DNA of 63,997 nt, filler included, from Basidiobolus ranarum (GCA_040143965.1; 11 parts of 11 records of this genome joined end to end with filler, not necessarily neighbours in it); one strand, 5' to 3'; shown: positions 11,701 to 28,950, counted from the whole stretch's first letter. Made by a program: numbers and translations. Notes: generated from the letters alone by a model not told the origin.

Positions 11701-13838
11701 NNNNNNNNNNNNNNNNNNNNNNNNNNNNNNNNNNNNNNNNNNNNTTAATTAATTAANNNNNNNNNNNNNNNNNNNNNNNNNNNNNNNNNNNNNNNNNNNN
11801 TAGATTGCTTACATCTTGACAAAACTATAAATGTCAACTTTCAACTCAATAAATCAACAAGTGAAAACCACCAATTTCTCTAATTCTCCAAACCACTTCC
11901 GACAGGCTCCCAAATACTTTAACAAACCTCAATATCTTCCTATGCTAAGCACTTTTTTCAACATTCTGCACTGTTGATGTAACTGTACTAATATTATTAA
12001 GATGGTAAAGTATATTAGTACATATCATTTGATTAAATATGTAGTGATGGGTTTCAGCACAACAGCTAAAAATACATGAGAATAAATACAACAACATCAG
12101 TAATATATTAGAAGAAGTTTAATTTTATGCCAATGTAGTAGCACCAGCAAAGACTCTGTATTTGAAAAACTATATCCACAAGGAATAGCTCTGAAAATTA
12201 GTTATCACCAAAAAACCATGAAAACTAAGCAGTATATAGAGTTACAAGAGCGTATGCCATATAGGAATTTCTCTTATTTCAGTTTTTAATGTGCATGCTA
12301 CGAGGTAGATTCATTATGCGTAGCTATGTAATGAACAACATTTATTTGATTGACTCCAAATGCTTCCTATTCACTGCTTGTATATATTCTTTTATATATT
12401 GCGTTCTTATTGATATATGATTCGAATAGATTCAGAATCTCATTTGTATTCATCCGAATAGTAGGATTTCTATATCACGTAGCAGTAGTTAAATTATGAG
12501 CATTTTTCTATACTTTTGAGCTGAACATACATTTACTGTCATTTCTAAAGATTACGCGCCCATATATATACACATTTACAGAGAGTGATTTTGTTTTCGC
12601 ATGGATAAGTAAATGGACCTGTCAGAGCAAAATTCACAACCTGTTACTTGATACTTCAATTCATTGTATTTACGCTTAGTACAAAATAAAACAGACATTA
12701 TCTGCAGTACATAGATTCTCGATGTCATGCTACTGTTTGACATTTTACTACTGGACTGGTTCAATATAGCAGGGGTAAAAGTAATACCGTCCTTAATACA
12801 AATCTATTAGGCAATGTGTACTTGCACTTGTAATATCGTTGCAATATATATTGTCGCTATAGCAGGCTTCATCCAGAAATTTAGTCATAGATCTTTCAAA
12901 TAGATGTGATTAATTTCATTTGACAATGTGAACTTTTATCGGGAACAGAACCGGTAAAGTGATCCGATAAATGGTGTGTATATATTCCACAAAGGAATAT
13001 TTGTTTATTTATAGATACATTTGAAAGTTAAAAAATTGGAACTTGAACGATGCATTTTCCTTTCTCTCGTAAATCAACCAAGAATAACGAGCAAAAATAA
13101 TGGATTGATGACGTTTTATTCTTAAATTAAAGAGACATTCAAACAACAGAATTTCGTTCACTACTGTAGTTCAACACTAAGCTCTTTGGTAGAGTTTGTT
13201 TGCTCTTGCACTTGATTGTCCTATGAGTCGATTCATTAATTGACATACGTGCTCTACTAGTCAATACGGCATAAACATTGATGCATAAGTTAAGAAGAAG
13301 CAAAATATTTACTGGAGTAATTCTCCAATTGGTGGACATGGTATTGAATTCGTAACAATGAATATGAATCGCGAAGTACAAAAATCTGAGTAGTCAAAAT
13401 CTATTTAGTCTAATTAGCAAAAGCAATCGCCACCAATGTTGCACTGGCGCTGCCTTCTGAGCGGCATACTGTTTGTACTCATATACTTAAAAGTATCGGT
13501 TTGTAAACAAAGTAGTTGGTACGAGAGTTAATTGGCTAAGTCACTTCCAATAACGAAGTATCATAAATCTCCATTAATACCAAGTTTATGTACATTAAGC
13601 TACCAAATCCTCGACAAAAATGGAGGCAGATTTAATTATTTTGCCATATATGGCTCTGCGGTCATACACCAATTATAATAGTTATCAATAATCAATTACT
13701 TATTTTCGTGTCACCACACTATTACTTATAATAAATTCATCTCGCGTACAGACACTTTTCGAACCCATCTAGAGCTAGGTTACAGGTTAACACTCGCTTA
13801 ATTCTCCATCGTAATTGCAACAATTTCATTTCCTCCTC

Positions 13839-16210
13839 ATGTATGACTTCTTTGACGCTCCGGTAGAGTGCCCATTCTTATAGCTTGATTTCTCAACTCA
13901 GAGTCTAACCATTCCCTTCAAAGCAACGTGACGAGAGTGTTGAATATGGATTTCGTGCAGTAAAAGAAATAGCCGAATGCAATCAGAACGAATTTACTTC
14001 AGTCATTGGATTTTTTAAATTACGGTAAATATTCTTAAATCACCTATTCTCAAGAGGAGATGGGAAGTGAATTACAAATACTCACTTAAACCTTCGTAGA
14101 ATGCAACTGGAAGTGGCTTATTATAAAGGTTTAGAAAGACTAACTAAGCATCGACAAAATGCGGAGCAATGGTATGGAAAAATTATATTCCCAATAATTT
14201 CCGATGATGAACTGATGTTGATGGAATTTCTCACTATCTATCAGCGAATTTACCACGTCTTCCCACGCTTTTACTGAAATGGTGAGGAGTAGCGAGAAAG
14301 CAGCGAAACATCATCAAAAATTCATAAATACACTTGAGAACCTAGTGATAGAGCCATTGGCACAGGCCAAGGTAAGTAAGAAACATATTCAATATAGGTT
14401 ATCAAGAAATCAACCTACTCACTCTTGTCACAAAAAGGAGTATCAACAAACCCATCTCAACAACCTGAAAATTCGTGTGAAAAGAGTAACAAAAGAGTAT
14501 TCGGATTTAAGAGCACAATGCTTTCCAAAGGTAGATGTTTTAACTCTTCTTACTGCATGTTCCTTCTGGAATCCTAACGTCTTGGAATAGTTAAAGAGAA
14601 ATTACGTAACAAAATGTAAAGAATATCATGAACGTCCCATGGAAGAAGAGGATGATGCAATTGATTTCACTCGATCTTTTCAAAATAACAAAACCACTAA
14701 GGTAATCTAGTAAATATGGATGTCCTGATCCGGGATCGGTAATAACTTCTACGTATAAACAGTTCCTGTTGAGACAAAGCAAAGCGCGCAAAGACATGGA
14801 ATTGGCAGGTATTAAACAGATGCGGTTTGTCGAAAATTTTGGATGATATTTAACCTACGAGATAAGTAGATGAAGATTATCGCAGAGGGGTTCAATCACT
14901 GGAGGATGTTCGCCAAAAGCATATGGAGATGATGAAAGTAGCAAACCAAGAATGTCGCCGATTAGAATATCTACGAGTGGAAGTCATTAAGAGTTCCTTA
15001 AACATTTTCCAACAGTCGGAGTTTGCTTTACATGAGAAAGTAAAAGTGGTACGTATGCCACATGTTTGTTGCGATAACGAATCTTGTTGACCAAGTATAT
15101 TTAGTTGTCGGAGAATATCAACATGTTTATTTCCTGTATCAAACCATCCATTGATGTCGAGCTCTCCACTGCCACTTTCATGACTGGGAAATCCTTCTCT
15201 CCAGAGCCTGTATATTACGAGAACTATCATGCGGGAACGACTAAGGGTATGTATACCATTGTAGCGTCATATTCGTCCGATAGTTTCACTAAACAACTCT
15301 AGAACTGGTATTTGGCATCCCACTTCATGACCACTGTTCAAAAAAGGAGCGCACGATTCCATACATAGTAGAAAAGTGTATAACCATGATTGAAAGTCAG
15401 GGTAAGACGCTCTATCCTTTACTATAAAGCCATTTATCCTAAACCAATCTTTTAGGACTTGAAAAGGAAGGATTATATCGAATCTCAGGACAAAAGGCTC
15501 AGATCGACAAGCTACATCACGCATTTGAGCAGGACGAAACCATTGATCTTGATGTAGACATCAACATCACTGCCTTAACCAGTCTTTTGAAGAGCTACTT
15601 TTTGAAACTTCCGCATCCATTATTTCCGTTTCCGTCACAACGTAGACTGGAGTATTCAAGTAGAATGAAATAGTTAGTTGATGATATTTTCTAATGACTA
15701 ATCCATCATCTCAACACCAGAAATCAAAGAAGAGTCCATACGATTGGAGACGCTTCAACAGGAGCTTAAACTACTCCCTCTGCCACATTACGATACATTA
15801 CAATATCTAGTGAAGCATCTCAGTCGGTAAGTAGCCTGCTTTCAATTCAGTGCCACCATTTGGTCCTAACTTTGACTATTGCAGCATTGTACAGCATTCC
15901 CATCTCAATAAGATGACTCCTTACAATTTATCCCTCATCTTCACTCCGGTCATATTTCAAGATAGTCCTGAAACTAAACGGACCAGCTCAATATATGAAT
16001 GGCAATACGATAATGTGTTAGAGTATATGATAACAAATCAAGCTGAGGTTTTTGATGCCGCTCTATGTACGCGCCTTAGCAGACCTTTAGTAAAATCGAA
16101 AACCACCGATAAAGTTGGTAATGTATTCCGCTTGTTTCCAGGATATAGTATATAGAATACACCGATGTAATCACTCACTTGTAAATAAAGAATCTTCAGT
16201 GCTGCCATAA
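13839..16210 (+). CDS. F-BAR (FCH) plus RhoGAP protein, Rgd1-like architecture, many short introns
   Basis: Spliced translation: MYDFFDAP/QRDESVEYGFRAVKEIAE...FFKLR/MQLEVAYYKGLERL (FCH); LVFGIPL...IPYIVEKCI...GLEKEGLYRISG (arginine finger 15479-15481)...TSLLKSYFLKLPHPLFP...NKMTPYNLSLIFTP. Middle exon boundaries and the last exon (16191-16210) are tentative. Confidence 0.88.
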
Positions 16211-17477
16211 TAAGGTAGTGTCCATATTTCTTCTATATTCTGAATAGAATTAAAACTTTCAATTGGTACTGTTGTTAATGTGATGACGTTAGGACTCCTC
16301 ATTGTCACTATCTTGTCATTCTCATATTCATTATATCTTTACATCTCCAGCATGATATATTCATCTTAAAAGTAACTTAACAGAAATATCAGAGTAAATA
16401 ATACTACAAAGCTAATCTTCTTCTAGCAGATACTATGTAATATTGGGACTCTATATAAGAAGTTCTTTCCAGACATCTGCATAGCAAACATCAGATGTAG
16501 CATCAAGTCAAATTTCAATCAAGTGGAATAAAGTGCTGCATATTTGCACTGTATTTCTCTCTTCAACCTGTTTGATATAGTCTTCAGGTACTTTCATACA
16601 TGTTATACACCTCTATAGTAATACTTTATAAAATCTTGGTATTTGCTTGAATTCATGCTTGGAGATAATATCAGCAATTTGTAAAACAACAACCAAGTGG
16701 AGAGTAGTATCAACTTTGGATGCATTTATTATGCATTGCTGAGATAAAATAGGTATATGACTAATAGTAAACAATGCCACTCTTTGACTGGTGTGCAATG
16801 TTGCTTGTTAAGTCAACTTGAAAAAAATATAAACTGAAATATTGTAGAAATATCCACAAGATTCTTGTTTTTTCATGATTTTCCTTCAGATTCTGTCAGA
16901 ATGTTGAAAAGGGCTAATTTCAAGATATGAAGGATCAACTTGTAGCTAATCAATCCATCCTTACCCCAGATTGTGCATGAAATATTGATTATAAGTCTTT
17001 GCAAAATTGTTTCTAGTGTTCTGTATCAATTACCTCAGGGCACAATAAATAGTGTGGCTTTAGTCTTTACTTTCTGACAAGATTTCACCACTATTCTATA
17101 AAATATTGCATTACTGTGTAAAAATTAAACTGACTGTCATATCCCTAGCAGAAGTATTAGAATAATTAAACCAGATGCAGAAGCTAAGTGGTAATTTTCA
17201 GTTGCTGGTTTTTTACATTGCCAAGATGTCATAGTTGATGGATCCTTTTTAAACCTTAGCACTGTTTAAACTAGTGTGCTTTGTTGCATGGTAAAGTCAA
17301 GCTTTTTGGATGGTTCCTGTGCCCATACATTAAACAACAAATTTTTTATTAGTAGTGGCATGAAGTCATGTTTAAATGGGGTAGTCTTCTCATGGCTCAC
17401 TATCACCTTCATTTTCCCATGAGGTTACTTCTTATATGATCTTTTGGTACTCCTCTAGCTGTTTTTCCATCTCTTCC

Positions 17478-17592
17478 TGTCATGATTCTGATCTCGGCAT
17501 ACTGATCTACTGCATATGGAACTCTTCTATTATTAGATTATGACATCATATCTACTGTGCCATCCCTTCTCGGCAATATGCTGTCAGTTCAT
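17478..17592 (+). mobile_element. Ty3/gypsy LTR 5' fragment cut by the contig end
   Basis: TGTCATGATTCTGATCTCGGCATACTGATC... closely matches 29007+ and the minus-strand LTR starting at 35773. Confidence 0.85.
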
Positions 17593-20350
17593 NNNNNNNN
17601 NNNNNNNNNNNNNNNNNNNNNNNNNNNNNNNNNNNNTTAATTAATTAANNNNNNNNNNNNNNNNNNNNNNNNNNNNNNNNNNNNNNNNNNNNACTTTCTC
17701 CAGGCTGACATACAACAACTCTTCTTCAGTATCTGCAAGAATAATACATACCATAAAAAGATCCTACTAGGTGTGACTAGGTGCTTCCTAATTGGAGTCT
17801 GAAAATGTGAACACTCCATCATTACAATCGCTAAATTTAGTTGGTTGGAAAGCGGAAACATTGGGGAATAACTGGTCATGAACTACCATAGTACGTGAAC
17901 TGTCGCGATTTCTCTAGTGCCTGATGATATTATAATATACAGAATATTCTGTGGGCCTATGTGTGTGAATCCTTACATATTGCCCTCAAAAGTACTTGTC
18001 CGAAAATAATCAGACAGTAAATGGTAATCTTAGTGTGGAGAGATCATGGTTTATAGTGCAGGCGTCTTGTTCACAATCCCATGCTTTGGTTACTACATGA
18101 TGCAGAATAGGATTAATGTGCCCAAACAGGGCTGCTACATCTCTATATGATTCTCTAGAATACTGATCCATCACATCGATGTGCTTTTGATATTGTCCAA
18201 AACAAACAATCCATTGATTATTTGGCGTGGATAACTGTCGCGCTCTTCTCGCTTAGCGTTGATATCATTCTTGGTTTATGACGGATTTCGTACTAGGGGG
18301 TAGCTTTCATGCTAGGGGATAGATTTCATATCGTATTCTGAGTCATCGTAAAGCCTGATACAACTCAAACATAAGAACCAGTGGTGCTTCAATGTAACTA
18401 GTTTAGAGTCGTGTCATCCATTCCAGTGCACATCGTGGTATAGAAGTTAGCACAGGTGGATTTCCAGATGCTGATAATCCTGAAGATGATTGTAGCCCAG
18501 AACTGTCTCTCTTGATATTAAAGTATTAATACGAGGATTATATGTATTAGCCAAGCATCTCTGATCCTTTCTTCTGATCGAATAACTCTTACTAGAGTCA
18601 TATAACATCTATTATTTCAATGGCGTTTTTTACAAGATATAAAGAGAAATTGCAGGGGAAGCCAATTCCAATCTAAGTGTGGAGATTACTAGTCAATTTA
18701 CTAGATATATTATTATTTAAAAAGGTGATACCCAAGTAGTGGTTAGAAATAGAAATGAAGCCCCCAATTTTGTGAACTAGGAGTCGATTCTTCACTTTCC
18801 ATTCTAGAAATGGTGTATTAATGCAAGGATCATTGACTTGGGTAGTTGCGATCTTGTTTCTTGACAGTTATCCCATATTAGTGAATGGACTACTCACATC
18901 CGATGGATTTTACGATAGGTATCAGTGCAGCTTTATATGTTTCATGTAAAAGTCATAAAACCTCTCTGCACTCTGATTGTTTGGGCACCGCTTGCGTCAG
19001 CTGAACAGACAAATGGATACCATTAAAGTTGAACCACGTTACGAAGATTCATCAGATGGTTTTGATTTGCTTTTTTGAGCATTTAAATCGTTATAGCAAC
19101 TTTTATGGGTAAATATATTCAGATAGTACTTATTATTATACGGTGCTACCACCAAGACCTTGAATACAGTTAATGCTTGATTCTACAGCGGTGATTCGAT
19201 GAATTGAGTCACATTTACTCTGACCTTCCAATAAAGCTCTCGTCACACAAGATGCCAATACATAAGCGCCTGGATTGGTATTGCAAGAAAGGAGTGTGGC
19301 TTGGATACATCAAGGTATGGAGTGATTAGGTATCATGAATACTGATACCCTCTGTGGAACTAAAAGAAAACGTAGACTTGTGATGCGATGATGGGGACAT
19401 ACCAAGTCTTGTAATAGCTTGATTGGCACACCAAATGGAATTGAGTGATTTACAAGAGCTAAATGCCAACGTCTGAATTCTACAATTTTCCGATGCCAAA
19501 AATGGATGAAAACTCGCAAATTGAGCGTGACACCATTGTCGCCATAAAACTATCCGAGGCAGAGATATTGGAAGCCCGCTACAGTGTCTATTAAGCAGTA
19601 GAAATATTTCTGTAGATACAGGTAACGAGTATGTTCTTCTATCAATAACGAGTGGCATAAGTCAGACCCTCATTACCATTGATTAAGCACTAAATTTTAG
19701 TTGCGCAACTATTAATTACTTAAAGAATATGGCGCCAGAGAACTCTCACAAGCTGGTTGGGTAAATTGATGACCCTTTGTAATATACCCACTAGAGGAAA
19801 ACACACAAGTATAATGTTGCTTCGACAAATTTGGATATGTACGAAATATAGCCACTCTTGCGCCATTAGTAATTTTTGGTGCTGTAATAATACTGCCCAC
19901 TGCAGGTGCACTGTAGCCCGGATTTACTTGATAACTGGAGTGTCAATCCATATTACCAACTGCTTATTTGGTTGGTCATGGCACCCCACTATGCGTCACA
20001 GAGGATGCTCAAAATGACGGATTAATATGTTGTGAATCACATCCTTCCGGATTATATCTTCTTGCACTAAGCCTATCTATTATTAATTCTCTACTCATTA
20101 CATGTGTAGTTCAGACATTGCGTCATCATCTATGCATTCCCAGATTTACCAGGTGTTCTGGAATTAATATTCGAAATCCAATCAATAATTAGCATTTGCT
20201 AAGCTTCTGGTGACTAGCATTGGCGAGTAAACTGCCATGATTCGTCAATCCGAAATATGGCTCTATTGATGTCGTGTGTGAAAATAGCAGATTCGTCAGC
20301 AGTATCTATATATAGTCGGTGCTTTCCATATTCATCATCAGCGATACTAA

Positions 20351-22054
<1,704 letters not shown>

Positions 22055-22301
22055 TTCAACTACCAAGGAACCTTCTCACTCTCTTGGAAACAATCGAAAC
22101 CATCAAGACTCGTGTACATTAAGCCTTAAACTAAATTGATATCAATCAATATTCGAATATTCATTAAGAAATAAGAATAAATAAATTTCGACCAAATCCG
22201 TTCAGAATCCAGTCAAACCTTGTTGGAAAGAAATGTAGCACCGACACAGGATGAAATGTTCCGGGTCAATCTAGTCAGAAATTATTGTTAAGGAATAATT
22301 T

Positions 22302-23480
22302 TTATTTACCGAATGCATTCGGCTTATATATAGCGCTTGGCAATTTCAAGAGCGCATGCTTGTTGTAAGGCTTAATAATGTAATCGGTCATCCCCGATTC
22401 AATCGCAAGATATCTGTACTCTTCCCTTGCATTTCCCGACACTCCAACGATAGGAATACTTTCTGACCCTGTTTCTGCTTCGATTTCGCGAATTCTCCGA
22501 GTACAATCCAGCCCTCCCATAACTGGCATCTCAAGATCCTAGATTATCACAGTTAGGAATGGTAAACGTTATGGTAGGTGCTTAGTACTACGCAAGAGTA
22601 CAAATCAAATTGACAAACCATCAAGATCAATCTGTAGGTCGTATTTTGCATCAATTCCAATGCTTCTGCACCATGTTTGGCTCCCTCCACTGTATATCCA
22701 GCCAACTCTAGTTGACGCTTCAGTACCCGTTGATTGATTAAGTTGTCTTCAACAACAAGCACTGAGACAACATATCGATCTTTATACGGCACAGGCTTGG
22801 AATGACCCTTTGCGGATACAGTTGTACTCATCTCTGTGTGCGTCAACGGAGCTGACTTATCCTGCAAATGACTGTTATATGCTGAAGAGTGCTTCCTGTA
22901 TCCATACTTCTCCTTGCCAGTGTGGCTTTTCGTTGCAATTGCTTTGGTTTTTTTATGTACCTCATCTCCTTGAGACGGGTCGACTGATTTTGTGTGACGG
23001 TTCGAAGATCTGTAGGGTCCAATGTACCTCAGTTCAACTGCATCACGTGAAGATTCAGCGTTTAAATGTTCCTCCAAAAGATCCTCAATCTTTGCACTGA
23101 CTCTGTCACATTTGATAAAGCAAGTAAACGTCGTTCCATCTCCTTTAGCAGATTCCACTAGGATTTTGCCACCATGGAGCTCGACTAACCGTTTACTGAT
23201 AAACAGGCCTAGGCCACTACCACCAAACTCCGCATATGTACGTGGATTGGCTTGCGCGAATCGTTGGAATAGCATTGATTGCTCTTCTTTAGACATACCA
23301 ACCCCACTGTCTTTGATTGCGATTGAGATGTAAATCGCTTCGAGCAACACTGAACTTGTTATTGAGTCTTTTAACTCCTCTTTCTCTGACGTCAATACGG
23401 AACTCCCACTTCGAGACTGGGTTTCTTCAACCTGAGAAGCCGATCTCGAGTTGAGTATCTCCCCATACCCTTCCGGTGAC
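22302..23480 (-). CDS. Hybrid histidine kinase, 3' part (HATPase_c plus receiver); 5' end lost at the gap
   Basis: DSGVGM, FQRFAQAN and GGSGLGLFISKRLVELHGG boxes; receiver VLVVEDNLINQ...LILM/DLEMPVMGG...KP across intron 22539-22618 (GTTTGT...TAG). Confidence 0.93.
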
Positions 23481-23580
23481 NNNNNNNNNNNNNNNNNNNN
23501 NNNNNNNNNNNNNNNNNNNNNNNNTTAATTAATTAANNNNNNNNNNNNNNNNNNNNNNNNNNNNNNNNNNNNNNNNNNNN

Positions 23581-23742
23581 CATGCTTAACAGGCATGTTT
23601 GTTATGATCTAAGCACATCCAATAGTCCTATTTCATAGTAAACTATAAATAGGACATATTCAATTCAATAAAACTTAAGTGTCTAATTCACGCATCCAAA
23701 TCTTGTCCAAAGCACTTCCAAATCCCCTAAACACTTTTATCA
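23581..23742 (+). mobile_element. Copia LTR family A, 3' half
   Basis: Closely matches 48203-48353 and ends CACTTTTATCA. Confidence 0.85.
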
Positions 23743-24329
23743 ATTGGAAATATCATATAAATCCGCTGATGACTCATTTTTAACACCATCTTGTAATCAG
23801 CTGATGATATTGATGAGCTATACCTAAGATACCACCTTTGTGTTGGTGTTGTTCTTTTTTCTGCAATATTTTTTAAAGCCACAATACATATGTATAAGAA
23901 GTCCAGCTCTTATTGTTGCAAATTCTTGTGCTATGAGAGCCAGAGGCTTCATAGGAAGAGTAATCACAAGCATGGTCACTTCACCATGCCACCAGCTGCA
24001 CAAAGCCTGGTGAATAGCAGCAGTAAAAGTTCAGAAAAGTGACTTAAGTTTTGCCCACTGAGTCCACTGACTGTGCTTTGCCTCAAAGTATTGGTTGCAC
24101 TGCCAACAGTCAAGATACTGCGAAGTTACCACAGTTAAATTACCAGAATAATGTAGGTAGATATGCCACTCTGGTCAAGCCAGTCAATTGAGACAACAAT
24201 GAGGACATGCTACTAGATGTTGACCTTTGTTATTCCAGTACTTATGGCAGTATATCAGCAGTTGAAGAAGAACACAATGGTTTTGTTATGTACTCTTCAT
24301 TATCAACAAGCATTAGTTCACTCATAACA

Positions 24330-25640
24330 CTTACACTAAAGGAAAAAACTTTGATTATCAAGGAGTGAAGAGTTCCATCCAATCTTAGCAACAAGGTGTT
24401 TATTGGTTTTCTTACACTTTTACTACAGTTAATTAGTAACTGTTGCTTGCCACAGACCTGGTACAAGTGGAAAACACTAGTCACACATATAGCTTATGAT
24501 CCCTCTGTAATTAAACTACCTTGGTGTCCAAAGGGTTGTTTTGCTTTCATTGTTGATCCAAAAAATCTGCAGTCATGCACTGTTGGCATACAATTGCCAA
24601 TCACTGAATCAGGTATATAATGTTCATATCTGGCTTACATATTGAAAATTCTCTCTTAAAGTTTTGATTAAATCACCAAAATACAGATCCTTATTTAATA
24701 TCAAAGTACTCAATATAAAGTTGATGGTATTACCAATATACTTGATGGATATCACTACTAAAATCTATAAAGTCCAGGTATCCTTGGGAACATGTAATGC
24801 AATGGGTTAAGGAGACTCCCAAGTATATTACACTTCCTACAAAAGGCTCTGTTCAATGTGCACATTGGTTTTTGCATTGTTTGAACACAATAACAGCAAC
24901 AAAACCCAATTCATGGACACTGCATAAGTACCTCTATAATAAGGACTATTTTGATTCTGTGACAATCTGAGAGTAGTTCTAGGTAAGCTGCAAGAAAGAC
25001 TTCTTGGTGAGATAGCTCAAGATATGTAGTATTAGCATTTAGCCTTGGGGTAATCAATTCAAGAAAAAGACACATCTACTTGTGGCTGGATATTTGTTAA
25101 ATGCAAGTCAAGGATATTTAGGCTGAATTCTCTACAGTAATTTGCCTTAATCTAAGAGCTTATTTTCAGTGTGAATAGTACCACAAGTCGGCTATTTGCC
25201 AAGTGTCAGTGCTAATCAAAACTTCTGTTGTTAACAATTTCTCCACCATCAGTCAGCTGATAAAGCAAATTGGTGTTATTGAGTTATGTCTGATCAGTCA
25301 AGTATGTGCATATGTAGATACCAAATACAACTAGATTCTTGTTTTTGATTCTCATTATGCTGGAATGCAAAGCCAAAAATATCTAAATAAAGGCAAGCAT
25401 ATTAATTCAAACTTCTACAGCAGTAAACCCACTAACTTGCCATTAAAATATTAGATGTTTGCAAAAGTTGCTGGAAATTAAATAACACATACCAAATATG
25501 AAGAGCAATATGTTAACATGTAAGCATATCAGCAAAATATTGTCAAGAAGCTACCCTCTCCTCATAAAAATCCTTGGCAAAATGTAAGCCATCAATATTG
25601 TGATGGTTCTTTAACAGCTTTGTGATCTATAAGGTGGACC
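24330..25640 (+). mobile_element. Internally deleted CACTA transposase remnant
   Basis: 24450-24780 aligns with 6690-7020 (cacagacctggtacaagtggaaaacact identical). About 24800-25620 aligns in inverted orientation with 28080-28870. Confidence 0.65.
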
Positions 25641-27130
25641 AATTCATACCAAATCAATTTTTTTTTGTTTGGAAATTTTGTAGCAATCTTTTTGGGCCTC
25701 TGTTATTGCTTGCAACTGCAGTAGAGACAGTTTCAGCCCTATATTAGTTACCTACCTTTTGAACAGGTAATATAGCTCTTGCCCTCTCTACAATGGTCCT
25801 ATTAGCATGTTTTGCACCTCCAATTTGTTAAGGAATATAAAGTACAGTAGTTTGTTACTTGACTTCATGATTAGAACAAATGCTAGCTAAGTTTTTAGAG
25901 CAGTATTTTACACCTTTATCATAACTCAGTACTCTTTTTTTTTATGCTAATTCTTTCTCTACCAAAGCTCTGCAGTGCTTGAACTTAATCTAAGCTTCAG
26001 AGTTTGATTGGAAAAAATACCCAGCTTTATCTTGTTTTGGCCTCAATAAAGGTGATAATGTTCAAGCTGCCACCTAGTGAGGTATTATACATGGGCCCAC
26101 ATAGGTCAGAATGAATTGGGCAAATATTTGAGTGGATTTGATCTCTCCTGAGCTTGAAAATGGCTTTCTGTGAGGCTTATAATTTGTAACCTTCATTTAT
26201 TGATATTCTCAATTTCTAAACCTGAAACAAGCTATTTTAAATTATTTGCGCTAGTGTTTGTTCCCCAATATGGCCTAATCTGCTATGGCAAGAATGATAG
26301 CTTACCTTGCTGGTTTTGGCCAAGTATATTTTCTCAGAATGCCAGTTGTTGATTTCTAGCTTGTATAGCTTTTGAGTTTTGTTCCCAATAGCTAATCTTA
26401 TATTGTTCTGATCTGTGTGAGTGTATGCAGCCTTGCTGAACATCAAATTTAATCCTTGAGCAATTGCTTGACTCACTGACGCAAGAATCTTATCTATATT
26501 TGATACATAGATTGAGTCATCCAACTTTGCAGATGGTGTAACTGAATTTCATTCCAAATTGAGCACATCTGTGCCCTTACCAACTGCATGCAGTGTATAG
26601 TAATAACCTCAGTAGACTCTCCCTGTTTTGATTGTTTTAGGCTGCAAAACCAATCTGTCTTCTTTTTCATAAGCTGTAAGGTTCCTGAATCAATGAATCA
26701 ATGCACCATATTTTGGAGTCCTCCTTAATGGTTATTAAACTGGGTAAAAACCATTAGATGATCCCTATTGGTACTTGCTTGATTTGGCAAAAATTCTCTT
26801 TCTGCAGTGTGTAACCAAATAACCTGGTTTCTTGATTTCATATTAGAGGCACCATTATTCAAGCATGTTGGATGTTTTACAGCTCCAAAAAAAATACCTG
26901 ATGAGCATTGTTTTGCTGAGAATTGGGTGCCTTTAGCTCCTGATTCAAAAGCTTGGCTCCAAATTATTCCATTGATGATAGCTCTGATCATGATTCAAGG
27001 GCAATTATGAGTTTCCCAAACTTAAGGTGCTATTGACCTATAATCAACGAACATGTATATCAACTTCATCATAGTAAGGATTGAAGGGTAAAGCTCCAAA
27101 ATTTTGGAGTTTCATCTGCTTAATAGTAGA
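25640..27130 (-). mobile_element. Ty1/copia gag-protease-integrase remnant
   Basis: Minus-strand motifs WCIDS (protease), HSRLGHIG (pre-integrase), HSDLCGPM and ANRTIVERARA (integrase), with multiple stops. Confidence 0.85.
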
Positions 27131-27949
27131 TGTGCATTTGATGCAGTAAACAAAGGATAAAGTTTATTTTTTCCCTCCCGTTATAACTGGAATAATTGTG
27201 TTGACAGTTTTACATATGAAAAATGTCAAATACAAGAAAACTAGAATTTTGCATGCTTAAGACCATTATTATTGCCAGAAACAAATGCAGTTTACAATAG
27301 GGCTTTTGTAAATGAGTTAAATTTGCCTCAATAATTTTGTTATATAAAATAAGAGATTATATCACAAAACCATATGGCAAGATACACAAAACCAGTCAAA
27401 ATCCCAGTTGCCAGTATTAGCAAAAATTTTTGATAGTATCATACTGTTGTGAGTAGGATCCAACCCCAGTCTTTCAAAATTAATTTTCAAAGAGAGCTGA
27501 TTTGGGACAAGTGTCTCTTATGGATATCACTGGAAGAGTTGAATATTGAATACCACCAGTCCTTGTACTTATTTATTAAACACAGCCTGCTGCAGATGTT
27601 GACTAGTGTTTGTTTGAGAAATGCCCCAAACACAAATAAATCATTTTGATTCAGACTGAATTCACACTCTTTGGAGGCATTATTGTGAGTTTGACTTGCA
27701 ATTTACTTCAAGGAATTCTCATTTTCCTTACCTATGCATGTTATTACATTTTAGATTTACTATAGGATTAGCACATTTATGTATTTTTCCACAAATGATG
27801 CTGCTAGCTTAAGCATATCAATATTATGCCGTACTTTCTGGCTATGTTATAGACATTGCTTTGATTAATCCCCACAGCAATGGAGGAGTTTTTGGTACGA
27901 GGTGAAGTGTCCTGATTGGACACAAGCTCACTAATCACATTCAGTCATA

Positions 27950-28950
27950 GCTGACACAAAATACATTGGTATAGAGTGTTCCATGATTTCATCAATCTCT
28001 TGGCTACGTAATTACCCCCTAACAAAAATAAAGTCCATATGATCTGGCTTGGATCTACCCTTCCAAATTGCAAAACTATCAGAGAACAATCACAATATTG
28101 ACAGCTTGCATTCTGTCAGGGATTTTGATGGTATTCTTACATGTTGAAATATTATTCCTCATGTTTGACAAGTGTTATTTGATTTCTGGCAATATTTGAA
28201 AGATGCAATATTTGCATAGCAAATTACTGGGTTCACTGCTGTAGAAATATGAATTAATATGTGTGCCTTTGTTCAGATGGTGTAGGATTTGTATTCCAGC
28301 CATAATGAAGTCAAAAAATACCAGAATCGTGTTGTGTTTAGTGTCTACAAATGCACATACTTGACTGACCAGACATAACTCAACAACTTTAATATGCTTT
28401 ACCAGCAAACTACTGGTGGAAAAATTGCTAAACATCTGAAATTCTGAATAGCACTGACACTTGGCAAATAGCTGACTCTTGTGACCATTCACAATGAGAA
28501 GAAGTTCCTAGTTTTAGCAAATTTCCACAAAGAATTCAGCCAAAATATCCTCTTCTTGCAGTCAATATATGTCCTGCTGCAAGTAGATGTGTCATGGCTT
28601 GAATAGATTACCCCATGGCTAAACCAATAGGACTGCATATCTCAATCTATGTTTTGAAGAAGTCTGTCTTGCTGCTTTCCTAGAAAAACCTTCAGATTAT
28701 CACACAAACAATTTAGTCCAAATTACATAGGTAATGACTCTGTATCCATGAATTGGGTTTTATTGCTGTTATTATGCTCAAACAATGCAGAAACTCATGA
28801 GCACATTGAAAAGAGCCCATTGTTGTAAGGTTAATATATTCTAGAGTCTCCTTAACCCATGGCATTATAACCATCACTGATTTTCCCAATACATTATTAA
28901 TCAGATTAGCATATGGTAATACTGACAAATTCAGATGGAGAATCATTTCA
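27950..28950 (-). mobile_element. CACTA transposase C-terminal remnant (inverted relative to the 24800-25620 copy)
   Basis: SVLPYANLINNV resembles the KS..PY.NL.N motif that follows the CACTA core; nucleotide homology to 24800-25620. Confidence 0.55.
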